From positions 1 to 52,141 of the IMG/VR virus record IMGVR_UViG_3300050011_000039: 52,141 nt of DNA; one strand, given 5' to 3'. Positions 1 through 9,934 of this stretch are shown in pieces; positions within the stretch are counted from its first letter, which is position 1; each line of letters starts with the position of its first letter. Position numbers and translations under genes: made by a program. Origin of the DNA: a virus (lineage: Duplodnaviria; Caudoviricetes). The notes beneath the pieces were generated by a model, which saw nothing but the letters and a program-made list of their open reading frames with translations, was not told the DNA's origin and did not search any database.

Positions 1-925
1 CGCCGCTTGCAGCCAGACTCGTTCCTGTCGCCGCCCCAATGTTTGGCGTTACTAGCGTTGGCGACGTATCCACAACAAATTTCGTCCCTGTGCCGGTCTG
101 CGACGCGATAGATGTTGCATTGCCAGATGAGGTTATGACGCCTGTCAAATTAGCATTCGTCGTCACGGTTGAGGCGGCAATGGCTGTGTTGCATCCGAAG
201 CCTGTGCCGCTAGTCCATTTAAGGGCGCTTGCAGAGGTTGAGCACGAAGGCAATGCCAAATCTGAGGGTGTCGTAGCGGTCAATGCGCCAAGAACCGTGT
301 TTGCCGTTTGTGTCGCAAGTGTTGCCGTCAGGGTGCCGGATGTTGTGACTGCACTTGATGGGGTTGAAGATAATACTGTGCCGTCGCCGGTGAAAGTTAC
401 GGAGGTGACAGTGCCGGAGCCGGTACTGGCAGCAACCCACGAGGTATTACCAGAACCATCAGTCTGAAGAACATAAGTATTAGTTCCATTAGTTGCTGGC
501 AGTGTAAAATTAGTTCCCGTTCCTGCTGCTGCTGCGGCTTTCAATGTAACACTGCCGCTAGTAGAACCATTAAAAGTTATCTGTCCGTTGGTTCCTGAAT
601 TAGCCCCCGTTGACATAACGCCGCTTGCAGCCAGACTCGTTCCTGTCGCCGCCCCAATGTTTGGCGTTACTAGCGTTGGCGACGTATCCACAACAAATTT
701 CGTCCCTGTGCCGGTCTGCGACGCGATAGATGTTGCATTGCCAGATGAGGTTATGACGCCTGTCAAATTAGCATTCGTCGTCACGGTTGAGGCGGCAATG
801 GCTGTGTTGCATCCGAAGCCTGTGCCGCTAGTCCATTTAAGGGCGCTTGCAGAGGTTGAGCACGAAGGCAATGCCAAATCTGAGGGTGTCGTAGCGGTCA
901 ATGCGCCAAGAACCGTGTTTGCCGT
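1..925. repeat. Terminal redundancy of the contig, identical to 51217-52141 (circular overlap)
   Basis: cgccgcttgc... at position 1 recurs at 51217 and matches through to the last base (gccgt at 921-925 = 52137-52141). Confidence 0.95.
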
Positions 926-1040
926 CTGTGTCGCAAGTGTTGCCGTCAGGGTGCCGGATGTTGTGACTGCACTTGATGGGGTTGAAGATAATACTGTGCC
1001 GTCACCGGTGAAGGTTACGGATGTGACGGAGCCAGAGCCT
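1..1040. repeat. Intragenic direct repeat with 618-bp (206-codon) period in the fibre gene; 1-307 is identical to 619-925, then diverges at a few sites
   Basis: Sequence at 1 recurs at 619; first mismatch is 308 (t) vs 926 (c). Confidence 0.93.
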
Positions 1041-1180
1041 GCACTAAATGACACACAGCCATATGAGTTAGTAGCTGTGGCGTAATTTAGCCCATAGCCA
1101 GATGTCGTGCAATTTGGTGGTGGAGAATAGGCGAGCGCAGGCGTGGCGATTAGGCAGAGAATGATTATGGCGAGTTTCAT
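1..1180 (-). CDS. 5' part of an origin-spanning fibre/adhesin-like protein (~689 aa, continuing 51216 to 50327), with Sec-type signal peptide
   Basis: ATG at 1180 overlaps the upstream stop (ATGA). Reads MKLAIIILCLIATPALA-YSPPPNCTTSGYGLNY... and is in frame with ORF 50327..52117. Confidence 0.85.
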   Translation of the reverse strand, partial: MKLAIIILCLIATPALAYSPPPNCTTSGYGLNYATATNSYGCVSFSAGSGSVTSVTFTGDGTVLSSTPSSAVTTSGTLTATLATQTANTVLGALTATTPSDLALPSCSTSASALKWTSGTGFGCNTAIAASTVTTNANLTGVITSSGNATSIASQTGTGTKFVVDTSPTLVTPNIGAATGTSLAASGVMSTGANSGTNGQITFNGSTSGSVTLKAAAAAGTGTNFTLPATNGTNTYVLQTDGSGNTSWVAASTGSGTVTSVTFTGDGTVLSSTPSSAVTTSGTLTATLATQTANTVLGALTATTPSDLALPSCSTSASALKWTSGTGFGCNTAIAASTVTTNANLTGVITSSGNATSIASQTGTGTKFVVDTSPTLVTPNIGAATGTSLAASG

Positions 1181-1464
1181 GTGTTTGCCGGGTACACTGG
1201 TTGCGCAGGTAACGATGTACTGGTTGTGTCCGTGCCATTTGCGATAGCACGTAACGCCACGCCGTTAGTTTTCGTGCAGGTGATCGCTCCACTTGATACT
1301 AAATAGCAATCCCCTGTCAGAGGAACACCTGCTGCGAAGTTGGATGAGCTACCGACAAACAGGTTTCCGCTCGTAAGCGGGAGCTGACTAATGTACTGCC
1401 CGTTTGTCTGAGCGAAAGCCAGTGAGGGGAGAAGCAAGAAAAGGAGAGCTAGGATTTTCTTCAT
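1177..1464 (-). CDS. Small secreted-type protein (95 aa) with signal peptide, fibre-like composition
   Basis: MKKILALLFLLLPSLAFA-QTNG...; start at 1464 immediately after the stop of the 697-aa gene; paired Cys. Confidence 0.8.
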   Translation of the reverse strand: MKKILALLFLLLPSLAFAQTNGQYISQLPLTSGNLFVGSSSNFAAGVPLTGDCYLVSSGAITCTKTNGVALRAIANGTDTTSTSLPAQPVYPANT

Positions 1465-1465
1465 G

Positions 1466-3559
1466 TTAATTAGCCGATGAATTCTGGTTAAGTTGTACCT
1501 CACCAAAATCGAATGTGGCATTCGCCAGAACCCATCCTGACGTTCCGGTGAAGATCGTTATCGTCCCGTCGTCCGCAAGGGGTAGCCACCCTTGACCAAC
1601 ATTGACCACACCAGATACTTGAGTCGCAACTTGTGGGCCGAATATCAAAGAATAATCTAAACGACTCCCGGTAAATATCAATGCTCCTGCTGTCGTCGAT
1701 GTCAATTCGATTTTACATTTAACCGCGCTTACAGAATTACGGATTAATCCTAGTGACATAGCTTCTAGGTCTTGCGAGGACCACCCGTATAGCAACCCGC
1801 CCGTCCCGGTAAACGCCACCGCCGGGAATGTAAAGGCCAGCGGGGTTAGCAACGGGGGGTTCCAGTGACCAACCGGCCTAACGAGATCATTAGGCATTTG
1901 ACGTAAATTGTTCGCCGTCATAGAAGGCCCGACGATGGCTGTGGGGAGTGCTACATAGTAAACATCCGCATTCGCGCCATTAAAGTTTACCGCCACCCCG
2001 AAAGTTGTCGCGGTGGAATTGATCGGCGCGGTAACGCTTAAAAACTGGAATCCTGCCAAACTAGAACCAGTGCCGTTAGCCGAGTAGGTCGATCCCGTCA
2101 CGCTGTCTGAAATCGAGATATTCCAAGTTCCCGCTCCCGCTTGGGATTTCTGATAAACGGCGACCCCGAAGGTAACTGTTCGTCCCGCATATAAAGCCAA
2201 TTTGTTGGGAGCGACCGTCCAATTCAGAGATTCCGCTGACGCCGAACCTTTAAGAATCCCCATTGTCCTGTCCGCGCCGGGGTAGGCATTGGCCGTGAAA
2301 TCATCCGCCCATACATTGAGGGTGGTTGCTTTCTTCCAGCCATCAGCAGCTTGCCCTGTAGCCGAAGCGGCCAATGTGCCGGGCACAATGGGCGTAATGG
2401 TCGTTGCAGTAGAGCTGCCAGGGGACGTCCCTCCCAAGGGGGATGGCCCTATTTGAACATTTGTATTTGCGGTCACACCTGTAACACGATTGGCAGTCGC
2501 AGTGGTGATAGCCCCCACCCCGGCGTATCCCCACTTATAAGAATTTCCGCTGATGATAACCAAGTCATTGACTTTAAGCTGTTGGGTATTCGCCGTTAAA
2601 AAGAGCGGGCCGTTATTAGTCGTCTGAAAACTAGTCGAAGAAACGGCTGTTTCGGGGCCAGTCCCGGTCACAAGGGGCTTCGTTATGTAGGCGACGCCGC
2701 TCCATATCTGCCAATTGACGTTCGGGAGGAAATTGTCGTAGCTGACAGGTGCCGAAGTAGTCGTAGCCGCTGTCACATAGGCCGTCGTCGCAATCTTCGT
2801 GCTGTTATCCCCCGGGCTTTGCGTTGTCGCCGTGGAACTGCCGAGCGAAGCCGTGGTCAAGGTTGGACTCGTATCATAAACAAGCTTCCCCGTCCCCGTC
2901 GCCCCCGTCGATGTCACGCCTTCGAAGGTTGTGTGACCACTAACCGTCAAATTCCCCGAAACCGTGCCACTTGATAACGTCGCAGCACCCGTAACCGCCA
3001 ATGTCCCGCCAACAGTCTCGTTCCCCGTAACCGCCAATGTCCCGCCAACAGTCTCGTTCCCCGTAACCGCCAATGTCCCGCCAACAGTCTCGTTCCCCGT
3101 AACCGCCAATGTCGCTACCGTACCGCCCGTGATCGTCGGCAGATATGCCGCGAACGTCAGATTACTAACCGCACCACCGCCAACGCCATCAATCGAAATC
3201 GGGTCAGCCGTCGTTAGCGTCCACAATCCGACATTCGTAGTTCCGCCATTGACGATAATAATCTGCCCGCTAACAACCCCACTCGGCCCCGAAAAATCCT
3301 GCGCCCGATACCATGCGCCAGAGTTGTTAACGACATATATGCCGTTTGTCGTCGTATTAGCTTGGTTTTTGACGAGTACGCGATCAGGCTGTTTGCCCGT
3401 TGAATCGTTCGTATGGTCACTGACAACTACGCCATCAATCGTCTGCGAACCCGTGAGCGCGATAGCACCAGTCGTCGCCGCCACAACAGGCTGCTTGCCA
3501 ATAGTGGCAACAACCGAACCGGCAAACATATCGGTGTATGTTGATGTCATCGACGGCAC
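1466..3559 (-). CDS. Tail fibre / tail spike-like virion protein (697 aa)
   Basis: N-terminal ATT..IALTG.QTIDGV...DRVLVKNQ...NGIYV...W.RA.DF module typical of phage fibre proteins; T/G/S-rich; DNSTKIATTAYV fibre motif; AGGAG RBS. Confidence 0.8.
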   Translation of the reverse strand: MPSMTSTYTDMFAGSVVATIGKQPVVAATTGAIALTGSQTIDGVVVSDHTNDSTGKQPDRVLVKNQANTTTNGIYVVNNSGAWYRAQDFSGPSGVVSGQIIIVNGGTTNVGLWTLTTADPISIDGVGGGAVSNLTFAAYLPTITGGTVATLAVTGNETVGGTLAVTGNETVGGTLAVTGNETVGGTLAVTGAATLSSGTVSGNLTVSGHTTFEGVTSTGATGTGKLVYDTSPTLTTASLGSSTATTQSPGDNSTKIATTAYVTAATTTSAPVSYDNFLPNVNWQIWSGVAYITKPLVTGTGPETAVSSTSFQTTNNGPLFLTANTQQLKVNDLVIISGNSYKWGYAGVGAITTATANRVTGVTANTNVQIGPSPLGGTSPGSSTATTITPIVPGTLAASATGQAADGWKKATTLNVWADDFTANAYPGADRTMGILKGSASAESLNWTVAPNKLALYAGRTVTFGVAVYQKSQAGAGTWNISISDSVTGSTYSANGTGSSLAGFQFLSVTAPINSTATTFGVAVNFNGANADVYYVALPTAIVGPSMTANNLRQMPNDLVRPVGHWNPPLLTPLAFTFPAVAFTGTGGLLYGWSSQDLEAMSLGLIRNSVSAVKCKIELTSTTAGALIFTGSRLDYSLIFGPQVATQVSGVVNVGQGWLPLADDGTITIFTGTSGWVLANATFDFGEVQLNQNSSAN
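2988..3113. repeat. 3.5 perfect 36-bp tandem repeats (TGNETVGGTLAV) inside the fibre gene
   Basis: cccgtaaccgccaatgtcccgccaacagtctcgttc x3 plus a partial copy. Confidence 0.95.
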
Positions 3560-3611
3560 TCCTATGTGTGGTGAAGCCTAGCATATATGGTGGAGAAAGT
3601 GAAGAAGGATA

Positions 3612-6600
3612 CTAGCGGTTGTTATTGCGTTGCTGTTGAAGGCGTCCGGCGCGGCGAGCGGCATTGGTGTCCTCACGAGCTTTGTAATAGGCGCGTTGTT
3701 TGATTTGGGCATCGGTAGGAGTTTTTACGCCCAAAAGCCCATATCCCATCTGACTCGCGGTTCCCTTATTCTGCATGACGTTTCCAGCCTGTCCGATATA
3801 TGACAGCTTGCTCCCGACATAATTCAGGGCGTCATAGGCAGCTTGAGGGCGCAGATTGTTAACGTCTGACTGATTAATGATTGGGTCTCCATTCCATGCG
3901 TACCTGCCAGACATATAATCAGAGGCAAGCTGTATGGGGATACCTGTTGGCATAACGGCTTGCGCAGCATCAATAACGCTCTTTTTACCAGTTACCAGAT
4001 CACTTACTATCTGAGGAATTGTTGCCGCACCAGAACGGACAACACTCGCGTTTTTGTCTCCTGTGATTTCCTGCCACATTTTATCCAGAGCAGGATAAAT
4101 GGCATACATATAGACGCCAATCATCGCCATGCGGTCAAAAGACTTTGCGCGATCAGTTAAAGACACGCCGCTTCCGAATCCCTCTTTAAGCAACGCTGCA
4201 TAGCTCTTTAACCGCCCATAATCATACTTACCGAACATTGTCCATAATGGATTTTTAAGCCCTTCTGCCAGCGTCCTAGAACCCAATACCTGTCCGGGTA
4301 CGCGATAGTTAGGCATATGCTTTTCAACATCGGCAATCGCTTCAGGGCGAGACTTGCCAAGCATCTGCTCCTGCTCCATGCGAGCATTCGTCATAACATC
4401 AGAGGCAAACCACATAGCGCGTTGCCCGACACTAGCGAACCGAGACAGCATTGTTCCTGTGTCGTTATACCCAAATGCTCGAGCAAGCCCATCCCATGCT
4501 TTCGGGTCTTTCTGCGCATCAATTCCAAGCTTCTCGATTAACTTCTGGTGCAGGTCACTGGTGAGCATTTCCGAATGTTTCAGTGATGCACCGGCTCGCA
4601 GGTTAGCCATATAATCATCAGAGACATTATAAACGTCCCTGAATGACTTAATCAGGCTCATAACCGTTGAGGGCGAATGATAGATATTCCCGACAAGTCC
4701 GCCCTGCACAATCATATGATTGAAGATGTTGCTAACGTGGGCATAAGGATTAAGAAACATGACGTTCATCATCAATCGCCCAATCCTATTGAGCGACTCA
4801 CCTATGCCATCAAGCTGCGTGTTTTTTGCATAATCATCGAGCGCGTCCGCAAGTTTCGGCTCCATGTAATAATTACGGAACTGCAACATTTTCGGTGTGC
4901 GCCATGCCCTGCCATCAGTTTCAGGTATCACGCTATTATGACCGCCGACGGGAACGGCAACATCATCAAATTCAGGAGAGCCCTTCATCGCCTCAATGAA
5001 CTCGGCATTGCGAACGGCTGATTGTAGTTTCGCCGTAAGATCAAGACGATTAGCCGCTACGTTCTTGAGATAACGCTGATTGGTCTGTCCTTCGATTTCG
5101 CTAGTGAGCGCAGTATCAAGTTTCCATTTGAAACTTTTTCCTACAGGTTTTCCGTTCTCATCTAACGCCCGAAGCTTGACTTCGGAACCCGGCGCAAGTT
5201 TCTGCCCTGCTCCGAACGTCCCGATCTTCGTGCCTTTGCCATTCTCAAAGGCTATGACATTATGTTCCTTGTCAATATAGACAAGTTTCTTCTCGCCAGT
5301 AGCAGGGTCAAATGCGTTATAATAACGACGCGATTTCTGTGCATCGACGGTCTTACGCATCGACCGTCCAGCAGCACCGCCAAATTTAGCAACGACGCCA
5401 TTCTTGGCTTGCTCCAACATCTCGCCAAATGAGCGAGTGCGACCCTTGACATAGCGGGGTGTGTAGCCGCGCTGGAAGAATCCTTCTTCCTCGCCAAGAT
5501 CGACATTGCCAACCAAGCCTTCAAGACGTTGGTATAATTTATCGTCAAGGTCTTTTAGCGGCTTGATATGCTCGTCATATATCGCCTGTTCTTCAGGCGT
5601 GAGTTTTACATTGGGGTCGTTCTCATCATAGGCGTACAGCTTTTCCCAAGTCTCGCTCGGTAAGTCAGGCATAGCCTCGGCGCGTTTCATTATATCAAGT
5701 TTGTCAGCCGTGATGTTTGTGGAAAGCTGATGAAGCTGATCTTCAAACGTGCGCGGGTCTTTTAGCGCAGGCGGTTGAGTTAGGGGACCTTCTTTTGGTT
5801 CACCCGCGCCACCGCCTCTTGGAGGCTCAGAGCCGCGTCCGCCTTGTCCGCCGCCTTCTTGTAAAGCATCCTGATCACCGGCGGTAGGTTCTGGTTCTTC
5901 TGTATTCTGTTTCTCAATCGCCATATTAACTAAATCATTTGCTCGTTTATTAGCAATAGCCTCATTCCTCGAACGATTTCTTTCTTCCCATGCCCTAGAT
6001 TCTTTATCTATTCTATCCTGTAGAGATTTGGCATCAGTCCCGGCACCCGGAAACTTTCTGTTTATATCGGCTACATCTCGCGCTAAAAATCCCCCCGACA
6101 TTTCCCTATCAAGGAAAATATCGCTTATCTTATCTATAATAGCAGACGCGGCCTTATTAACATTTGTATCAGTTATATTCTGCCGTATGAACCCAAGGCG
6201 ATCTGATAGGTCGTGGAATGTGTTGGCTAATTTCTCCTCATTGAAATTGTCGTTTGACCCAAGAGAGTTTACCATCTCCTTAACTTGATCTAATGCCGCC
6301 TGAACTTGGTCAGACACGGCACCCCTTGGCATCTCAGAGAGCAGGTTATTTAAGTCTCCAAGTGAACTTGATATTTTCGCTGCCGAGTCCTGTAATTGTG
6401 CGTCACGCCTAGAAAGAGCAGCATGAACGTTCTCCAATTCGCCAATGTCTGAAGCAGAGATTCCGGGTGCCTCACCACTCTCAACAGGCGTCGCAGGACG
6501 CAGATCATGGTACGCATCTGGAACCTGACCAGCCTGAATATCTGCGGCAATGGCGGGATTGTTTTTAGCGTCCTCCCATACTTGGTCGGGATGGACTCCT

Positions 6601-7736
6601 GTTTCGGCGTAGGTTTGGTGGAGGGTGTCAACAGGAGTGTTCATCACCGTCGCCACATCATGAAAGTCCTGCGCCTTCGGGTTCTGTGGCGTGAACGTCT
6701 TGTCTATAACCTGATTGGTGTCTTGTGGCGTTACGGCATCGACGGGTTTGCCTACGACATCGGCAACAGTTGGAGCCAACGCAGTATGACCGGCAGCATG
6801 AAGCGCGGTTCCGGTCCCGACCATTGACAGCAATCCGGCAGCCTGACTTATGGCTGATTGGGTTAGTGTGTCGCCGGGAAAGTTTGTCTGCGCCCATTGC
6901 TGCGCTTTTTCCTGTGAAAACTGACCACCAGCCCCGACCGCTGCTCCGGTGAATGCGTTCCACGCTTTTAATGCCAGTGTAGGGGCTTTCATTAATCCGC
7001 CAGCACCGCCAAACTGTATGACCTGATCGGCAATGTTTGCTGCGTCGCTATCAGCCGCACCATTTGGGAATAGTTTCGCGCCTATTTTGTCAAACAATTC
7101 CCCAAATGTCGGAACAGAAGGGTGATCTCCAAAAATATCCGGCAACTGTGGTAGGTATTTTGATACGTTATCGAGCATGTTTGGATTAGCGCGTAGTGCG
7201 AACCCCATTCCTAGTGCACCGACATTTAATGGAATATCGAATAGGTGTGCGCCAATGGTGTATGGATTAGACCAAGATGCCATGCCCAACGCATCACGCC
7301 CCGCCTCTTGTGCGTAGTGACTGGAGGGACTTGTTGCAGCGCCAGCCGCCGTTGGCAACACGCTCTGCGCATAATCCCCTGCCGTCGTCGCTGTACTGTT
7401 CTGATAGGCTTGCACAAGTCCAGCACGGGCAGCAGGTGGAAACGTGCCATCGCCGCCCTTCAACGCCGCCGTAACCTGAAAACCTAATCCAGCGTCAATC
7501 TTCTGCGCATCCATTTGTGGTTGTGCATTATCGGCAGGCGCAGGCTGTGCAGCAATGTTCTGTTGCACCTGCGCGACGATTGGCGCGGTATCGGGAAGTT
7601 TTGGCGGCGTAGGTGCGGGTTGAAACCCGACATCATCCGGTGCTGGCGCGGGAGCCGACGCTGGCTGGAAGCCGACATCAGTAGATGTATCTACAGGAGG
7701 ACCACCGATAGTAATGTGCAGCATATCATCAGCCAT
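3612..7736 (-). CDS. Large internal virion / DNA ejection protein (1374 aa)
   Basis: Size, Ala/Gln-rich helical composition, last of three genes after tail tubular B. Confidence 0.7.
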   Translation of the reverse strand: MADDMLHITIGGPPVDTSTDVGFQPASAPAPAPDDVGFQPAPTPPKLPDTAPIVAQVQQNIAAQPAPADNAQPQMDAQKIDAGLGFQVTAALKGGDGTFPPAARAGLVQAYQNSTATTAGDYAQSVLPTAAGAATSPSSHYAQEAGRDALGMASWSNPYTIGAHLFDIPLNVGALGMGFALRANPNMLDNVSKYLPQLPDIFGDHPSVPTFGELFDKIGAKLFPNGAADSDAANIADQVIQFGGAGGLMKAPTLALKAWNAFTGAAVGAGGQFSQEKAQQWAQTNFPGDTLTQSAISQAAGLLSMVGTGTALHAAGHTALAPTVADVVGKPVDAVTPQDTNQVIDKTFTPQNPKAQDFHDVATVMNTPVDTLHQTYAETGVHPDQVWEDAKNNPAIAADIQAGQVPDAYHDLRPATPVESGEAPGISASDIGELENVHAALSRRDAQLQDSAAKISSSLGDLNNLLSEMPRGAVSDQVQAALDQVKEMVNSLGSNDNFNEEKLANTFHDLSDRLGFIRQNITDTNVNKAASAIIDKISDIFLDREMSGGFLARDVADINRKFPGAGTDAKSLQDRIDKESRAWEERNRSRNEAIANKRANDLVNMAIEKQNTEEPEPTAGDQDALQEGGGQGGRGSEPPRGGGAGEPKEGPLTQPPALKDPRTFEDQLHQLSTNITADKLDIMKRAEAMPDLPSETWEKLYAYDENDPNVKLTPEEQAIYDEHIKPLKDLDDKLYQRLEGLVGNVDLGEEEGFFQRGYTPRYVKGRTRSFGEMLEQAKNGVVAKFGGAAGRSMRKTVDAQKSRRYYNAFDPATGEKKLVYIDKEHNVIAFENGKGTKIGTFGAGQKLAPGSEVKLRALDENGKPVGKSFKWKLDTALTSEIEGQTNQRYLKNVAANRLDLTAKLQSAVRNAEFIEAMKGSPEFDDVAVPVGGHNSVIPETDGRAWRTPKMLQFRNYYMEPKLADALDDYAKNTQLDGIGESLNRIGRLMMNVMFLNPYAHVSNIFNHMIVQGGLVGNIYHSPSTVMSLIKSFRDVYNVSDDYMANLRAGASLKHSEMLTSDLHQKLIEKLGIDAQKDPKAWDGLARAFGYNDTGTMLSRFASVGQRAMWFASDVMTNARMEQEQMLGKSRPEAIADVEKHMPNYRVPGQVLGSRTLAEGLKNPLWTMFGKYDYGRLKSYAALLKEGFGSGVSLTDRAKSFDRMAMIGVYMYAIYPALDKMWQEITGDKNASVVRSGAATIPQIVSDLVTGKKSVIDAAQAVMPTGIPIQLASDYMSGRYAWNGDPIINQSDVNNLRPQAAYDALNYVGSKLSYIGQAGNVMQNKGTASQMGYGLLGVKTPTDAQIKQRAYYKAREDTNAARRAGRLQQQRNNNR

Positions 7737-9934
7737 TACTGAACCCTCTTATAGCCAAGGGTTAATGCCTTATCGACATTCGCGGCAGGGATTGACCCCA
7801 TGCGTCCATCCGGCGACAGGACGCTGACCATCTCAGGTGCAGGAGCTTGCGCTGGAATTGCAGAAGGCGGAGGCGTTGATGTGCCATTCCAGATTGACTT
7901 TGCCATGTTGGCAATCTGATCCATACGCGATGATACCCAACTCTCAGGTTTCGGCCCTTGTGCGCCGCTATTGAGGCTTGTCACATAAGTCATCGGGTAA
8001 AAATCAGGCTGCTTCGATGCGTTCTGGTATGACTGATTGGCTTGCTGATACCAGCGCATTGCGCGTTGGTTCCCCTGTCCATCGACATTGCCGTTCGCGT
8101 TGGCAATCGCTTTCATATTCTCATGGATATAATCTTTCCATGTCTGGTCGGCATCAGTCAGAGGTTTGGCGTCGTTATAGTCTTTTAGATTAATGCCATT
8201 TCCGTCCTTGCGACCAAGCAGGCTATTAAGCCCGTTTTCGGATTCAATCGCGTCAGGACTTGGCTTCATTGTTGCCGGATCAATAGGCATGCTTGCCCGC
8301 ATAATCGTGTCAAACCCATTTGAGCTATTAGTTGTCGTGTTTCTGCTCGCCACTTCAGCAATCTTATCGGGGATGCTGTTGTAAAAAGCAGGGTCTTGGA
8401 CTGCGACACGCTTCACAACATCAGCAACCTTCGGATCAGCCATAAGTTGCTGATAGGTCTGCGGTGGTGGCGTTTGCCCATTACCTATAATAGCCTGCAT
8501 GACGGAATTATTGTCCTGCTTATACTGCGCCGCCTGACTTTCTGCGGCTGCTGATATGGTCTGGTTAACCTGCGTCCTGAATGACGAAACCATTGCGGGG
8601 TCATTCGGGAATTGCTTTCGCGCTGCTGCTTCTGCGTTGGCGAGCAACGTGTCTCTGTTTGCCACCATTGCATCCGTCATTGTCTGATAGGCAGATGTTG
8701 ACGCTGGTGCATTTGGCTGTGTTGCGGCCTGTTTGCCAGCCAAGGATGCCTGTACACCTTGCGCGATAACATCATCCGTAAATGCAACTTGTTTAGCGGG
8801 GGCGTTCTCGGCAACATTCATGCCCTTTAGAACCGCCTGAAGCTGCGTAGGATCGTTTAGATTAGGAACGGCATTTGGAGCAATCCAAGAGTTTTGACTT
8901 GCCGCCGCTACCCATGCCGCCGTTTTATCAGGTTCTCCCGTCCACTTCGCGCCAATCTGTTGCAGCGTCAACCCCTGATAATTACTGCGCAGATTATTGG
9001 CAGCAAGTATCGCGCCATCAACGGGTGTTGCCGGATTAACAAAATCAGCCGTGTTGTTCGCAGCACCAGCAGCCGTCTTGACGTTTCCTAGATTATTCGC
9101 GCTCACACCAGAACCGCTTGTTCCAGCTAACTGCGCTACCTGTTGCGGCAGCGTATTGAGGTACGAACTTGTCGCGGCATCCTTAACCTGTGGCAATAAC
9201 CACGCCTGTAGCTGAGTTTGAACAGTGCCGGGCAAGGATGACTTATTCGCCATGAAATCATTATATGCCGCTGTAGGGTCTGTCGCTGCCATTGCCTTGT
9301 ATTTAGTTTCAGCCGCCTTCTGCGCGAAATCGTTCTGATGAAACTGTATCTCATCTGGCGATTGTCCGACAGACGGCATCTCACCGTAAGATTTAATGGC
9401 AACCAAACCGTTCTGTAATTCTTGGGAATAAAGATTGGGATTATCCGATATATTTGTCAGATGGTTTGCTAACATCGCAGTCTGTGTATTGGCAGCAAAT
9501 GATGCAGCCTGTTGACCGGCGTGTTGGCTGGCGAATTGCAAGTCGCGCTCAGTGCGATTAACAGCCATTTCGTTAAATAGCATTTTTTGCTGACCAATAA
9601 GGCCCGATCCCACAGTATTCATCAAATCATTTACGCTCTGCTGATATTGCGGAAGCGTATCAACCGCCGCCTTACCAGATGTGCTGTAATAATCAGACGA
9701 TAGTTTTTGGAGGGCGGGCGAAAAAGTATTAACGAATGTATCGTTCACCACGCTCTTATTATACAAATCCTGCATATCCATTGCAGCCTTCAACACCGCC
9801 GCACCCTGTTCCTGCGCAGCCTCAAACGGAGCCTGCACATTCGTAACCTGTGCAATAGGCCGTTCTTCAGGTGTGGCTTCTGGTGTCGGCGTTGGGCCGT
9901 TGGATGCGAATGTTGGGAGGGTGATTTGTGGCAT
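7736..9934 (-). CDS. Internal virion / ejection protein with a lysozyme-like (NNPGNI-type) domain (732 aa)
   Basis: ANNLGNVK...F..PATPVDG..A...L...Y...TL.QI..KW...L..M...EN resembles virion-associated muralytic domains; synteny. Confidence 0.65.
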   Translation of the reverse strand: MPQITLPTFASNGPTPTPEATPEERPIAQVTNVQAPFEAAQEQGAAVLKAAMDMQDLYNKSVVNDTFVNTFSPALQKLSSDYYSTSGKAAVDTLPQYQQSVNDLMNTVGSGLIGQQKMLFNEMAVNRTERDLQFASQHAGQQAASFAANTQTAMLANHLTNISDNPNLYSQELQNGLVAIKSYGEMPSVGQSPDEIQFHQNDFAQKAAETKYKAMAATDPTAAYNDFMANKSSLPGTVQTQLQAWLLPQVKDAATSSYLNTLPQQVAQLAGTSGSGVSANNLGNVKTAAGAANNTADFVNPATPVDGAILAANNLRSNYQGLTLQQIGAKWTGEPDKTAAWVAAASQNSWIAPNAVPNLNDPTQLQAVLKGMNVAENAPAKQVAFTDDVIAQGVQASLAGKQAATQPNAPASTSAYQTMTDAMVANRDTLLANAEAAARKQFPNDPAMVSSFRTQVNQTISAAAESQAAQYKQDNNSVMQAIIGNGQTPPPQTYQQLMADPKVADVVKRVAVQDPAFYNSIPDKIAEVASRNTTTNSSNGFDTIMRASMPIDPATMKPSPDAIESENGLNSLLGRKDGNGINLKDYNDAKPLTDADQTWKDYIHENMKAIANANGNVDGQGNQRAMRWYQQANQSYQNASKQPDFYPMTYVTSLNSGAQGPKPESWVSSRMDQIANMAKSIWNGTSTPPPSAIPAQAPAPEMVSVLSPDGRMGSIPAANVDKALTLGYKRVQ

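Noticed and set aside
1-925. 925-bp terminal repeat as a biological direct terminal repeat
   Set aside because: It begins and ends exactly at the limits of a perfect intragenic repeat in the middle of a gene, which is typical of assembly overlap
1-1040. Diversity-generating retroelement TR/VR pair (BPP-1-like phage)
   Set aside because: Both copies are in frame within one gene, the differences are few, mostly synonymous and not adenine-specific, and no reverse transcriptase is present
39-1085. Plus-strand Val/Pro-rich ORFs (39..467, 588..1085, also 50985..51683)
   Set aside because: Antisense shadows of the Thr/Gly-rich fibre gene
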